Origin: Octopus bimaculoides
Lineage: Eukaryota
Reading direction: 5' to 3'
DNA: 40,600 nt
Assembly: GCF_001194135.2 (NCBI RefSeq)
Contig: NC_068986.1
Location: 3,691,943-3,732,542 of the forward strand
Positions within the stretch are counted from its first letter, which is position 1; the number at the start of each line of letters is the position of its first letter. Made by a program: the position numbers and the translations under genes. The notes beneath the pieces are model-generated. The model saw nothing but the letters and a program-made list of their open reading frames with translations. It had not been told where the DNA came from and ran no database searches. This document shows, piece after piece, positions 1 to 11,490 of this stretch.

Positions 1-173
1 TACAAATATATATAACATACAGAAAATTGCACTACTGGGTACTGCACACATTCTACGCAAAACACTTTCAATACAGTAAACATAAGAGCACCACAGCAAA
101 CCACAGCACATACCCAAGGCGCACAGAGCTGCGCTCGGTAGTGAAGTGAAAGCACGTTATAAAAATAAAACTA

Positions 174-209
<36 letters not shown>
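1..209 (+). mobile_element. 3' end of R4/Dong-like non-LTR retrotransposon (copy A) with (AAT)11 tail
   Basis: Frame from base 1 reads TNIYNIQKIALLGTAHILRKTLSIQ*, the typical C-terminus of R4/Dong-type ORFs. A short 3' UTR follows, then (AAT)11 at 177-209. Confidence 0.8.
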
Positions 210-210
<1 letters not shown>

Positions 211-739
211 CCCCGATGCAGTACCAAGCAGTGACTCTCATGGCTTCTGATCTTAACTGATTGGAAGTGTTATCATGTACATTGTTTTGTCTTGGTATAA
301 AAGATGGGCTACAGCAAATATTCTGTTTAATACCACAGATTTGCTTGTCAGTTTCAATACCACGGATTTGCTTAACCAATTGAGCGTGTCCCTTAGTAGC
401 TGACGATATGTGCATCTTTGATCCCAAGCAGAAGTAGTGGGGGAGCATCATAGCCATGTGTTGAGAGGTATTCTTTGGGGTTTGGATAATTCACATTTGG
501 AAACATGTGTGTTTCGTTCAACATCCTTAAACAACCCTTATTCAAGGACCTTTTGAGCGGGATGGGCTACTCGACCTGAAGAAAATTCCAGCTGGACCCA
601 CCTGCAAGGTGATGCTGCGTACATATGGTTGTGATGCGTGTGCCTAGTGTACACTTATCAGACGGGTAATCATGATGGGTATACTGGATTTGTGTATTAT
701 CCCAGTATTACTTTGATGGCGTGCACTGCTCTCTCACTC
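210..739. mobile_element. ~530-bp non-coding element flanked by (AAT)n on both sides
   Basis: Bounded by (AAT)11 and (AAT)4 (740-751). No tRNA head or credible ORF. Contains an internal near-duplication aataccac(a/g)gatttgctt at ~328 and ~355. Confidence 0.55.
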
Positions 740-751
740 AATAATAATAAT

Positions 752-2175
752 AGAAGAAGCTGACAGGGCTCCATGAAAGGGTAGTACAACAGCTAGATGA
801 GTGCTTGCAGGAAGGCACAGTACCTAGCTGGAAGACAAAGGGAAAGACATTGTTATGTGTCAAGGATCCTGAAAAGGGAAATGTTGTATCCAACTTTAGA
901 CCAATAACATACCTTCCGCTAATGTGGAAACTAATGTCAAGCGCTTTGGCCGGTGAACTGTACAGATACATGGAAAAAAGTGGCCTGCTATCCATTGAAC
1001 AGAAAAGGGTACCGAAAAAGGAGTCGGGGAACGAAGGATCAACTCTCAATTGATAATTATATTGTCAAGAACTGAAAGAAAAGACATACAAACCTGAGCA
1101 TGGCATGAATAATAAGAACAATGGATAATAAGAACAATGGAAATGTATGGAATAGCAGAGAATATAAGAAGCCTTACAGAATTGACATCAGGGAAGCAAG
1201 TACTAGGAGAGGTGTGTCCCTAATGATATTTGTCTTGGGAATGATCCCCTTGTGTGAAATACCACAGAAAACAAAGTTGGGATATGATCTGGGAAGAGGT
1301 AAGGGGAAATTAAACCACTTGTTATTCATGGACGATCTAAAGCTTTTCACAAAAACTGAGGCAGAACTGGATAGCCTAGTCCAGTCTGTGCGGATTTTCT
1401 TCAATGATATTAAGATGGAGTTTGGACACTCAAAATGTGCTACGATGGTGATAAGACGAGGAAAGCTTGCCAGGACAGAAGGCATATGACTGCTAAATGA
1501 TGAAATGATAAAAGCAATTCAACCTCAATCCCATTATAAGTATCTGGGAATACTTGAGATAGAAGGACTCAAGCACCACGGCATGAAGGAAAACACAAAA
1601 AGAGAGTACCTGCGGCGAGTGAGAATAATATTGACTTCAAAGCTGAATCTCAGAAACATAACGTCGACAATAAATACGCGCAAGGTCGCTGTAGTTCGGT
1701 ATAGCGCTGGAATTCTGAAGTGAAAAGAGGAGGAGCTAAAAGAGATGGGCAGGAAGTCATGAAAGCTTCTAACGATGCATGGAGCCCATCATCTGTGTGC
1801 AGACACTGGTCGCCTATACATGAAGAGAGCAACTAGAGGAATGGGACTGATAAGTGTGGAAGACTGCGTGCGTGAACTCGAGAGCTTAATGAGATACCTA
1901 GCCCAAAGTAAAGAAACCTTGCAGGTGACAGTTAGGAACGATGGATTATTGAGAGCAGAAAAAAAGGGAAAGCAAAAGATGTACAAAAAAGACATGAAGA
2001 AGAATTACACAATCAATTTCATGTAGCCACAGCAGAAGTTGGTGGAAAAATTGGTGGAATTGGTGCACATCTTAAGGAAAGTATTATCTGTCTGCGGTCC
2101 TTGTTGTGACTTGACAGATGACTAAAGACTCCAGTGCATTTTTACCTACACCGTGTTACGAAGGAATAATAATAA
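752..2175 (+). mobile_element. 5'-truncated, internally deleted R4/Dong-like LINE (copy B), RT pseudogene
   Basis: RT motifs KTLLCVKDPEKGNVVSNFRPITYLPLMWKL, LNHLLFMDDLKLF, YKYLGI and RLYMKRATRGMGLISVEDC lie across several frames. C-terminal HILRKVL is at ~2070 and an (AAT)3 tail at 2165-2173. Has stops, frameshifts and a 16-bp tandem duplication near 1110-1140. Confidence 0.88.
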
Positions 2176-2331
2176 CAAAAAGAGTGAATAACTGGAAATA
2201 TCTTGTTCTTGATTATATCAAGATTTAATCAATCTAAATGCTGATTTCAAAAATTGATTACAACACTTCTCTCTCTCACAATATTCTCCAAATATAATTT
2301 TCAAAACTGCTGATACATCTGTTCTGTGAAT

Positions 2332-2336
<5 letters not shown>

Positions 2337-2362
<26 letters not shown>

Positions 2363-2530
2363 GATGTATGTATGTATGTATGTATGTATGTATGTATATA
2401 TAATATATATATACATGCATATATATATATGTATATATATATACATACATATATACATACACACACACACATATNNNNNNNNNNGTATATATATATACAT
2501 ACATATATACATACACACACACACATATGT

Positions 2531-2585
<55 letters not shown>
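2337..2585. repeat. Compound microsatellite (TACA/TA/CA)n then (GA)n, with a 10-N gap
   Basis: Seen directly; explains the ORF-track entries at 2218-2753. Confidence 0.95.
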
Positions 2586-3488
2586 AATGAAAGAAAGAGA
2601 CATTTTATAACTTTATATGGAGTGAAAGATCTGCCAAAATGGCCGACTATATATTATTCCCTCTTACAAAAAGAAACCTCTTCAGAGACAGTAGTCACAA
2701 AAGTATTGATAGAACAGGACATTTTCTCCTTCATCTTTTTTACAACAGCCTAAAATTCGCAGCTTGTCAAATCTAACATGCGACTTGGAACATCTCAGAA
2801 CGGAAATTAGCTGAAACGTTTGTGTCTCAATGTACATATGTCAACGACTCTGGATTCAACTTTGATCTGCAGATATTTTAGAAGTGAAAAGAATAATAAT
2901 AAAAAAATGTATGCAAATGAAAGCAGCAACCGAAATAGATTCATAAAGATTGTAAATTTGCACAAAACTCCCTTTTAAAGTGAAATGTAGACTGGATCAA
3001 TGTAAAATTGTAATTTTAAAGTTCTTCGTTAGATGAGATACATGTAAATACGCACAACTGTATTGAATATCTTTAAATAACGGGCGAACTCTTAAAAGGC
3101 TAAATCTGCAAATCGGTTTTGATTCCATCTAGAAACCAATTCCCTTTTAACGCTAACATCCGTGTAAAATCTATGACTGTTGTAGCTTCTATTTATCTCT
3201 ATTTTTTTTTAAATGCTGAAATTTTGTTCATAGAAAAATATATGCTTCCATCTACAGGTGGTAGACTTGTATAGTATGCATACATGTATACATACATAAA
3301 CACACAAGTACACACATATTTATGTAACCTTTAAACATATGGTGAATAATTAAGGAAACATTAAAATTCTATTTTTCTGTTTTTAAAGTAAAATAAAGGA
3401 CTTTATCATAAACTAACAATTTTTATGTGGAAAGAAGACGAAACGTGCGGTTACATAATAAAGAATATAATGTATGTTATACATTCTT

Positions 3489-3805
3489 TATTTTTTTTTC
3501 ATGTGCCCTTTTAAAACCTATCCAGGCTCATGGGCCCGGTTTCCCGGTTTCTATGGCGTATGTGTTCCACCCACCTGGACGGGACGCCAGTCCATCGCAG
3601 CGTTACTCAAGAAACGGGAAGAAAGAGTGAGAGAAAGTTGGGACGAAAGAGTACAACAGGGGTCGCCACCACCCCCTGCCGGAGCCTCGTGGAGCTTTAG
3701 GTGTTTTCGCTCAATAAATACACACAACGCCCGGTCTGGGAATCGAAACTGCGATCCTCCAACTGCGAGTCCGCTGCACTAACCACTGGGCCATTGCGCC
3801 TCCAC
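3489..3805 (-). mobile_element. tRNA-derived SINE, family-A head/body with family-B tail
   Basis: Minus strand reads GTGGAGGCGCAATGGCCCAGTGG (A box) ... GTTTCGATTCC (B box). Body matches 8385-8580; tail GCTGCGATGGACTGGCGTCCCGTCCAG ... is shared with 3806-4060. Confidence 0.9.
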
Positions 3806-4060
3806 AAATAAATGCGCCCTTTTAAAGCCTAGCCAGGCTCACGGGCCCGATTTCCCGGTTTCAATGGCGTATGTGTTCCCCAGCTGGACGGGACGCCAGT
3901 CCATCGCAGCATTACTCATTTTTGCCAGCTGAGTGGACTGGAGCAACGTGAAATGAAGTATTTTGCTCAAGAACACAACGCGTTGCCCGGTCCAGGAATC
4001 GAAACCACAATCTTACGATCATGATGCTGACACCCTAACCACTAAGCCACGCGCCTCCAC
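3806..4060 (-). mobile_element. tRNA-derived SINE family B (CORE/Meta-like central domain)
   Basis: Head GGCGCGTGGCTTAGTGGTTAG ... GTTTCGATTCC, then centre TTGTGTTCTTGAGCAAAATACTTCATTTCACGTTGCTCCAGTCCACTCAGCTG. The 12-bp direct repeat TTATACATTCTT at 3477-3488 and 4061-4072 flanks this copy together with its neighbour. Confidence 0.9.
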
Positions 4061-4549
4061 TTATACATTCTTACTGAAGTGTAATATTTTTGCAGAACTT
4101 TCAGAATTAATTATGGTAAGTGCTTATGCTATTTAGCCACTTTCTCGTAATACCATTATTTGAAATTACTTTAAGTGAGTTGTGTTCTTAAACATATAAC
4201 AGTAAATATTCTAAGATGTTCCGAATAGAACGTCAGGTATCTGTAAATGTATGGCTTTTACGGTCAAATAAATATTTATATAACCATATATTGCTGCTCC
4301 TTTTATTTGTGAACATTGTAAAGTAATTGGTAATATCACAACAGGTTGGGTTCAATTAACAGGTGAAGAGATGATTTGGTTTGACGACTAATACTATTTC
4401 AGTTGTTGCTCAACGTTAACATTCCAGAGTAAATCATCCATGTGTATCATTTCCTTTCTCTCTCCATAAAGTCTGGAATATTACGGCGAATCAGGAAATA
4501 TTATTTTCTCAAGAATTATTCAATTTCCTCTTTTCGTTATTGGTTTTGT

Positions 4550-4740
4550 TGTTTAGCTCAGATCACATTTCATTAAGCAGATCTATAATCAAAAGCTTTC
4601 TAGCTTTGATGTACCCATCTTATTTTCAGATTTAGTATATCATGGAATACACTAGCTAATGCGTCCTGCCATTTTAAGACTGTAGGGGTGATTGTGGAAG
4701 ATTCGGCTGATATTTCTAGCAGTCGAATGACTGACTATCT
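4550..4740 (+). repeat. Decayed copy of an unclassified dispersed repeat
   Basis: Motif gatt(c/t)ggctg..atttctagcag recurs at ~11090. Related pieces lie at ~18990-19070 and, on the minus strand, ~13240-13290. Confidence 0.45.
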
Positions 4741-5984
4741 GATTCCTTCTTTAATCAATGGCCTAAAAAAGAAAGCGTTGAAGAAATGTTTAGCAGCAAA
4801 ATTAGGTTTAAGTACGATAGTAGGTTTCTTCCGAGTATTTTGAAAACGTACACGTTTGTATATCTGAGAACCCTGAATACAATCGCTATTGTCTAGCGTT
4901 GCTGTGGACCCTCAACTTCTTGACAAAGTTATAGGTGCGCTATCTTGACATACATTGATCCTTATGTATTTTGAAACATGGCGGAGCCCTTCCTTCCCTC
5001 GGACCATTACAAATTTCTTCTTCAAAGACTCTTGTAGAAGATTGGTGGTACTTTATTTATCGTATGCATGGAGAAGTTGACCTCAGCAGAATTTGAAGTC
5101 TCTCTGAACATAAGAGTGCCTGACGATTGCTCCCAGTCGATCTATCGGACACTTTAACGGCTCTGCAAACTGGCCACCTATAAGAGTAGTCGGTATTAAT
5201 GGAACTATTGATCACGTGTGTCTGTTTTCTATTTCACGTCGAATTGTACTGTATATCTTCAAACTCCCAGTAGAGATCAAGCATCAATAAGAGAGAGGCT
5301 TTCAGCCTTAAAAGTCACCAGAGGTGGGCATCATTAGCAAAAGAATGCCAAATTACAGGAGACCATAGTAAATGATAGTTATAGTTAATATATATTTCAA
5401 TGGAAAGAGCCTTCCGCTTTCAATGTTTTGTGTTACTCGATGATATTGTCATATTTTTACATATACAATCAGGGAGCGTTACATAGGCTACCCGCGCCGG
5501 TGTCGATATCTAATTATAAATTGATCGAAAACTGCTTGATGCATACCATACAGGAACGCACATACCTATACATATGTAGAAAGAGGAGAGAGAGAGAGGG
5601 AGGAGAAGGAGGAGAGGGAGAGAGGGAGGAAGGTTGTTAGTGAGATAGATAGATAAATAAATAGATAGATAGAGAGAAAGGGAAAGAGAGGAATCTGCAA
5701 GTTTGGAGGAGTTCATTCTTATGTCGTGGTGAAAAAAAAAGGAACTCGATGTTTCGAGTTTATAGATGCCTTGTTATCTCGAAATGTTTACATCACTGTC
5801 AAGCTTTCCTTATTTAACAAAGAGCAACGTTTCTAAGGACATTCTAAGAAACTCCTTAGATTTTTATGTATATTATCCATGACATCATTCTAATATATCA
5901 CGTCAGCCAAATTTTTAAATTGTTGAATTATGGTACATGCCATCTCAATATAGCCTATGCCAAATGCTTTATAATCGTCGAAAG

Positions 5985-6160
5985 GTTGAGTGTGGTTGTA
6001 TAGCTTGGAATTTCGTTACGCAACCACTAGTTTCAGGTTCAATCTCACAGTGCGGTGCCTTGGAAAATTGTTTTTCGATCATAGTTTTATGTCGATAAAA
6101 GCCTGGTGATTAAAATTGATTAAACAGAAGCAGAATGAAGGCAGGTGAAAAGATAGTTTC
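5985..6160 (+). mobile_element. Highly decayed tRNA-derived SINE (same family as 29572-29740)
   Basis: Residual A/B boxes (tgtggttgtatagctt ... ggttcaatctcac), followed by gtgccttggaaaattgtttttc...atag...aaagcctggtga. Confidence 0.5.
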
Positions 6161-6315
6161 TTTTTTTTGTATGACAAACTCAACCCATCACCTGGTTTGT
6201 TACGAAGAGAATCTTTGAAGTATTCTTCCTCATGCGCTTTGAAAATTGTCTTGTGTACAACGTCGTATGATTATGCATGTGTTATGCATTGTGTGTTTCA
6301 ATATATGAATATATC

Positions 6316-6700
<385 letters not shown>

Positions 6701-7779
6701 AAATGCTTTAAATAGACAACTTGGAAAATTCCCGTGAGTAAACGTCTTGACCTGTGTTCCACGAACAAACATTAAAAATACCAAATTTTCCCTTTATATC
6801 AATGCATCGGAAACACTTCAGCCTAATTCAGATGAAATACGGAAAATATGTCTACTAAGAAATATCCATCACAACTAAATTCTCTAAATTAGATTGAAAA
6901 TCTCAATTTATTCACTGAAAACCGGACGCTCAGAAGAAAATGAAACAAACACTCAGCTGACTGAGACAAGTATCTTCTTCAGGGAATCAGCCAATCAAAA
7001 AGTTGGACGACCGTCAGACAAAGAGCAAGTTCTCAAAACCTTTGAAAACGAATGACCTACGCAGGAAATCAACTAACCAGAGTACGAGATTTCTACTTGT
7101 CAAAAAACAAGTAATCAAAACAGCCAATAAATAAATGACGTGATCAGGAAGTCAACCGACGAGAGCGCTGGACCAGAACATTCGAAATACAAGTGTCATA
7201 TTCAGGCAGTCAGCCAACCAAAATATTTGACTACAGATGGACAAAAACCAAAACTTGATGCTATAGCCTAAAAAACATATATATATACAAAAGAATTTTA
7301 ACTTAAAACAGTTCAAGTTCTTACCAGTAAAAACAGCAACGAAGCACCCTCTTTCATGCACAACGATAGAAACTGTTAAAAGAAAAATTTTGTATACTTT
7401 CTTTTCTTTATTTTTTAGTCTATCTCTATCAAGACTTCATCGAATCTAATTGTTAAGATAACTCGTTGCTTCTGAACTTTAATTCGTATGATTATTATGA
7501 AATCCATTGAACATTTGAACTTCGATTATTTTCTGTTTATGTCAATTTTTTTATTATTGGAATTTGATTTTTTAAGCAACCTCTCCTTCAATCTCTCCTA
7601 AACCTTTTCTACTTACCAGTATAAAACAGAACATTGATGAAACCTGTATGGTATTTTAATAAATTTGTTAAAATATTTAAAACTACTATTCGTTTTACAG
7701 CTCAGTTGCCTTTTCAAACTGCCAAACCAACTCTTATACATACATACATACATACATATAACATACATTTCAAATATAT

Positions 7780-8092
7780 CTGCAAGGGCGACAGAAAATC
7801 TCTTAATATGAACATTGAAGGACATTTAATGGTTACTCTCGCTGGAAACGGAAGCTAAACAATGGGTTGAAATGATGAGAGCAGAGGCTGGAGATCCTCT
7901 GATAAAAGGAAGCAAATTTGACAAAAACACACCACTTGCACAGGACTGGTGTACAGTGGTTTCAAGTGCAGTCACTGTAATAAGAACTACCGCACATATA
8001 TGAGTCTTTACTGTCACAGCAGATGCTGATCTGTCGACAAGGCAAAAACAATACTTTCTAAGTGCCACAAAAACAATACTTTCTAAGTGCCA
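7780..8092 (+). mobile_element. 3' fragment of RTE-clade LINE
   Basis: YSRWKRKLNNGLK followed by FKCSHCNKNYRTYMSLYCHSRC*, matching the C-terminal C-x2-C...H...C motif of RTE/BovB-type ORFs. Ends in a 25-bp tandem duplication caaaaacaatactttctaagtgcca. Confidence 0.7.
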
Positions 8093-8181
8093 GACTAATG
8101 GATAATTCTACGCACACACGCATACACACACAAACACACACACACACACACAGACACACACACATTTCTAACATTGGTATA

Positions 8182-8378
8182 CGATCTTAAATTTTTAGTG
8201 AGGGTAAATTAGATTAACTCGATCTCAGTATATTATTCACTAATAATTATTTTATCGACCTCGAAAAGATGAAAGAAAAGGACCTCGGCGGGATTTGAAC
8301 TCAGAGTCGAAAGGGAAGTAAATAAATACCACAAAATCTTTTAACTGTCGCTATAACGTTTCAGTCAATGTACTACCA
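8182..8378 (-). mobile_element. Decayed SINE family D copy
   Basis: ttatcgacctcgaaaagatgaaag...gacctcggcgggatttgaactcagag matches the cleaner copies at 10330-10541 and 17841-18033. Confidence 0.7.
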
Positions 8379-8384
8379 CACTCA

Positions 8385-8769
8385 GTGGAGGCGCAATGGC
8401 CCAGTGGTTAGGGCAGCGGACTCGCGGTCATAGGATTATGGTTTCGATTCCCAGACCAGGCGTTGTGAGTGTTTATTGAGCGAAAATACCTAAAGCTCCA
8501 CGAGGCTCCGGCAGGGGATGGTGTTGAACCCTGCTGTACTCTTTCACCACAACTTTCCCTCACTCTTACTTCCAGTTTCTGTTGTGCCTGTAATTCAAAG
8601 GGTCAGCCTTGTCACACTGTGTCACGCTGAATATCCCCGAGAACTACGTTAAGGGTACACGTGTCTGTGGAGTGCTCAGCCACTTGCACGTTAATTTCAC
8701 GAGCAGACTGTCCCGTTGATCGGATCAACTGGAACCCTCAACGTCGTAAGCGACGGAGTGCCAACAACA
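8385..8769 (+). mobile_element. Full-length tRNA(Arg-like)-derived SINE family A with (CAA)n tail and 13-bp TSD
   Basis: A and B boxes present, with an anticodon-like GGACTCGCGG. Perfect TSD ACTACCACACTCA at 8372-8384 and 8770-8782. Confidence 0.92.
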
Positions 8770-9030
8770 ACTACCACACTCAAACTGACACGCATGCGAG
8801 CACCCACTCCACTGATGGTTTGCATCTCTTTTAACCCATACATAATTATGTATGATAATTTGTTATAATAGGTAATTGGGTGGACACTGGCGACTTTGTA
8901 CAACATTTGCATTCATTTGAATATTTATATATCGGGGGCTTTTGTGCAGCTTCTATGAGCAGGGGTGGAATTTGGGGAATTTACTGATAACAGCGAAAGC
9001 CTCCTAGGAGTTTACTCATATATTCGTATA

Positions 9031-9274
9031 CAGTAATCCCTCGACTATCGCGAGTGTTACGTTCCAAGACCCCCCCCCGTGGTAGATGAAAATCCTCGAA
9101 GTAGGGACAGTACTGTACTGTATATTTAAAACAAATTTTTTTATAGTTTGTATATATTTATTTTATTATAATTGCAAAACAACACCACGGTGGAATCTTA
9201 ATAATAAACCGCAATAGGTGAACCACGATAGGTGAACCGCAATAGGTGAACCGCGATATGGTGAAGGATTACTG
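9031..9274. mobile_element. Tc1/mariner (Tigger/pogo-like) MITE
   Basis: TA-CAGTAATCCCTCGACTATCGCG ... CGCGATATGGTGAAGGATTACTG-TA: imperfect TIRs with TA TSDs. Four ~14-bp subterminal repeats aacc(g/a)c(a/g)ataggtg. Confidence 0.85.
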
Positions 9275-10329
9275 TAGTGGAATTTAATCCTGAAACTGCT
9301 TGTCAAATAACCAGAATTAAGAACTCTACGTGAATTTCATTTTGTGTAGTGTAATTTTATCCCTTGATTTTAACTGTGAGTTCGAGTGTTCCACTAAGTA
9401 TATTTAGAACAGAAAACAAAAGATGAGAGGATAGTTTTTAAGATGTTTAATTGCAACATCTTACACAAGTTTCATTAGCATAAGGTGATTACTGGTTACG
9501 TAATGCAAAATTACTTACTACGCAAACCACATTGGCTGTTAAATCGTGCGAGACGTTCAATTACTAAACGTAATAGTGCTGGAGAGAACATGTGACAGGA
9601 GTAGTAACCTTCGGTGAGATGGCTCACAACTTTTCACAGGACAGACCATGGTAAAGCAGAAATGACAAAGTGCGTTATACTCATGACTTTGAAATAGATG
9701 TGGTAGTTTTCTTAGCGACTGTTACATTGTTTCTTCCTCACGGTTGTTTTCCTATGAGGCACGTTAAAGTGAGACCACCATAAAATTTGGCTTTGTCGGT
9801 TACAAGTTGTCAGTTTAACAATGTGTAATAGAGATATCTACTCCAACAGATGTAAACGTACACATATGACATACATATACACATATTTACACAAAGACTT
9901 CCACACAGGCAGACTGGCTCCCCCTCTCTCCCTTTCTCTTTCCCCTTTCTCTCTCTCTCTCTCTCACACACAAACACACACAAACAAACACATGTCCATG
10001 AGAACAACAGTTAGGATGAAATAATGAAACCGTCGCTTAGAAAACGACCACATCTATTTCTAAAGATGTGTTGATAAACACTCTTACCCATTTCTGCTTC
10101 ACCATGTCCTATCCTGATAGCAAAATAACAACCTTTCACTATCTTTTCACTGCAGTCGCGGGCCATCTCTGACATGAAGCTCCAATTGTTATGATTTTTA
10201 TTCTTGTTACTTAACACTCTGTTAACCATAAACGAACATACTTATGAAGGAAAGTATTCCATCCATGCTGATATCGTCTATAATGGAACCAAGATTGCCA
10301 GTTAATCCGTGGGGTGTGTATATATATCG

Positions 10330-10541
10330 ATTTCAAATTTTGGCACAAAATCAGAAGTTTTAGGGGAGGAGGCAAGTCGATGACGTCGACCAAGTGCTTA
10401 GCTGGTACTTACTTTATCGACCCTGAAAGATGAAAAGCAAAGTCGACCTCATCGGAACTTGAACTCAGAACGTAACGACGGATGGATGCCGCTAAGCATT
10501 TTTGCCCGACATTGCTAACGATTCTGCTAGCTCACCACCTT
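10330..10541 (-). mobile_element. SINE family D copy, 63 bp downstream of the Ly6-like stop codon
   Basis: Minus strand reads AAGGTGGTGAGCTAGCAGAATCGTTAGC ... GTTCTGAGTTCAAGTTCC ... GTCGACTTTGCTTTTCATC ... GTGCCAAAATTTGAAATC. Confidence 0.88.
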
Positions 10542-10603
10542 CTGTAGTGTATATATTAAATGCAAGACACGTGACAGACAACTGTGAACAACGATAGTAT
10601 TGT

Positions 10604-10821
10604 TTAAGCATTTATTAAAATTATAGTTAAGAAAATCAAGACAAACGATGCGCAGTGCTGTGATGAACCACCTCGTAGTTTTAATCCTTCTCCATTGCAG
10701 CCATCCACGTCACAGGTTCGAATGCAAGATGTTTTTTTACGGCTAGCAGTCACATTTTTCACAATGCATTTTTCTTCCACGTACATCGAAATACAATCTC
10801 TTGCAAAACGAAGCTGCATAC
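10604..10821 (-). CDS. Terminal coding exon of a GPI-anchored Ly6/uPAR (three-finger; quiver/sleepless-like) protein
   Basis: Acceptor tgctttatttcttttcaAG|GT (phase 1). The exon encodes (G)MQLRFARDCISMYVEEKCIVKNVTASRKKTSCIRTCDVDGCNGEGLKLRGGSSQHCASFVLIFLTIILINA*: R-x-C, C, C-x3-C-x4-CN, an N-V-T sequon, a small-residue spacer and a hydrophobic C-terminal tail. AATAAA lies on the minus strand at ~10202-10197. Confidence 0.78.
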
Positions 10822-11256
10822 CTTGAAAAGAAATAAAGCAACACTTAATTAAATGAATAATACTTTAAACATGTTTAACTCTAGCATGAATCTTCAGTTG
10901 CTGTGATTGTTATGACTATCAACTATAAAACAACAAACGAAACTGTTCCAGCGAGGCCCATCCCATCACCTTTTTTCTTTTTTTTGCAAACGATATTATC
11001 CAATGTCTCCTTTTATTTAAAAGCACTTACTAAATTTATAGCCACAAAATCAAGATAAAAGTTGCGTGGTGCTGTCATTCGAAGGAGAATGATTTGGCTG
11101 TTAATTCTAGCAGAGTAAGAGACCATAGAGAGGTCCTGTCATTGGCTCAACTTTAAAAATGGTGTGGGAATTAAATCACATGACTGATTATAAATTGCTA
11201 AAAAGCGAATCGAAATTGGTTGAAGAAATCAGGTCACAGGAAATTTGTTTCAAGTG

Positions 11257-11318
11257 TATTAATTAAAGAATATTAATTAAAGAATATTAATTAAAGAATA
11301 TTAATTAAAGAATATTAA
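11257..11318. repeat. Perfect 14-bp tandem repeat TATTAATTAAAGAA x4.4
   Basis: Seen directly. Confidence 0.95.
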
Positions 11319-11399
11319 GTTATACTTGCCAAGGCACGTGAATTATGTTTTTAGGGGAGAAAAGAATGGAGTGTTGCACTATTCATGTTTTTTTTTTTA

Positions 11400-11490
11400 C
11401 TTGGAAATTGCACCAGTTGAATATTGAGGTAGGTGCAATCGACTTACCCCTTGCCCCGAACTTACTGACTTTGTGCCAAAATTTGAAATT
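11400..11490 (+). mobile_element. 3' fragment of SINE family D
   Basis: accagttgaatattgaggtaggtgcaatcgacttacccc...gtgccaaaatttgaaatt matches the family tail. Confidence 0.7.

Noticed and set aside
4800-5030. Cys-containing minus frame VFEEEICNGPREGRAPPCFKIHKDQCMSR* as a second LU exon
   Set aside because: Stops without a donor, and the Cys spacing does not fit.
6889-7271. Plus frame with few stops, rich in S/T/E/Q/K
   Set aside because: The strand is A-rich and T-poor, which lowers stop frequency by itself; no motif was recognised.
8385-8460. tRNA-like sequences at SINE heads (also 3730-3805, 3985-4060, 25750-25821)
   Set aside because: They continue into SINE bodies, some with TSDs, and lack a complete cloverleaf; not tRNA genes.
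10011-10229. ORF with MARDC-x7-C and a G|GTAAGA donor, mimicking the FARDC-x8-C of the Ly6-like exon (possible alternative exon or paralogue)
   Set aside because: The same DNA occurs in inverted, diverged form at 9616-9740, so it is a dispersed repeat. No downstream CxxxC-x4-CN exon was found.
11257-11318. Short regular repeats (also 9207-9260, 24972-25017) as a CRISPR-like array
   Set aside because: Contiguous tandem units without unique spacers, in eukaryotic DNA.
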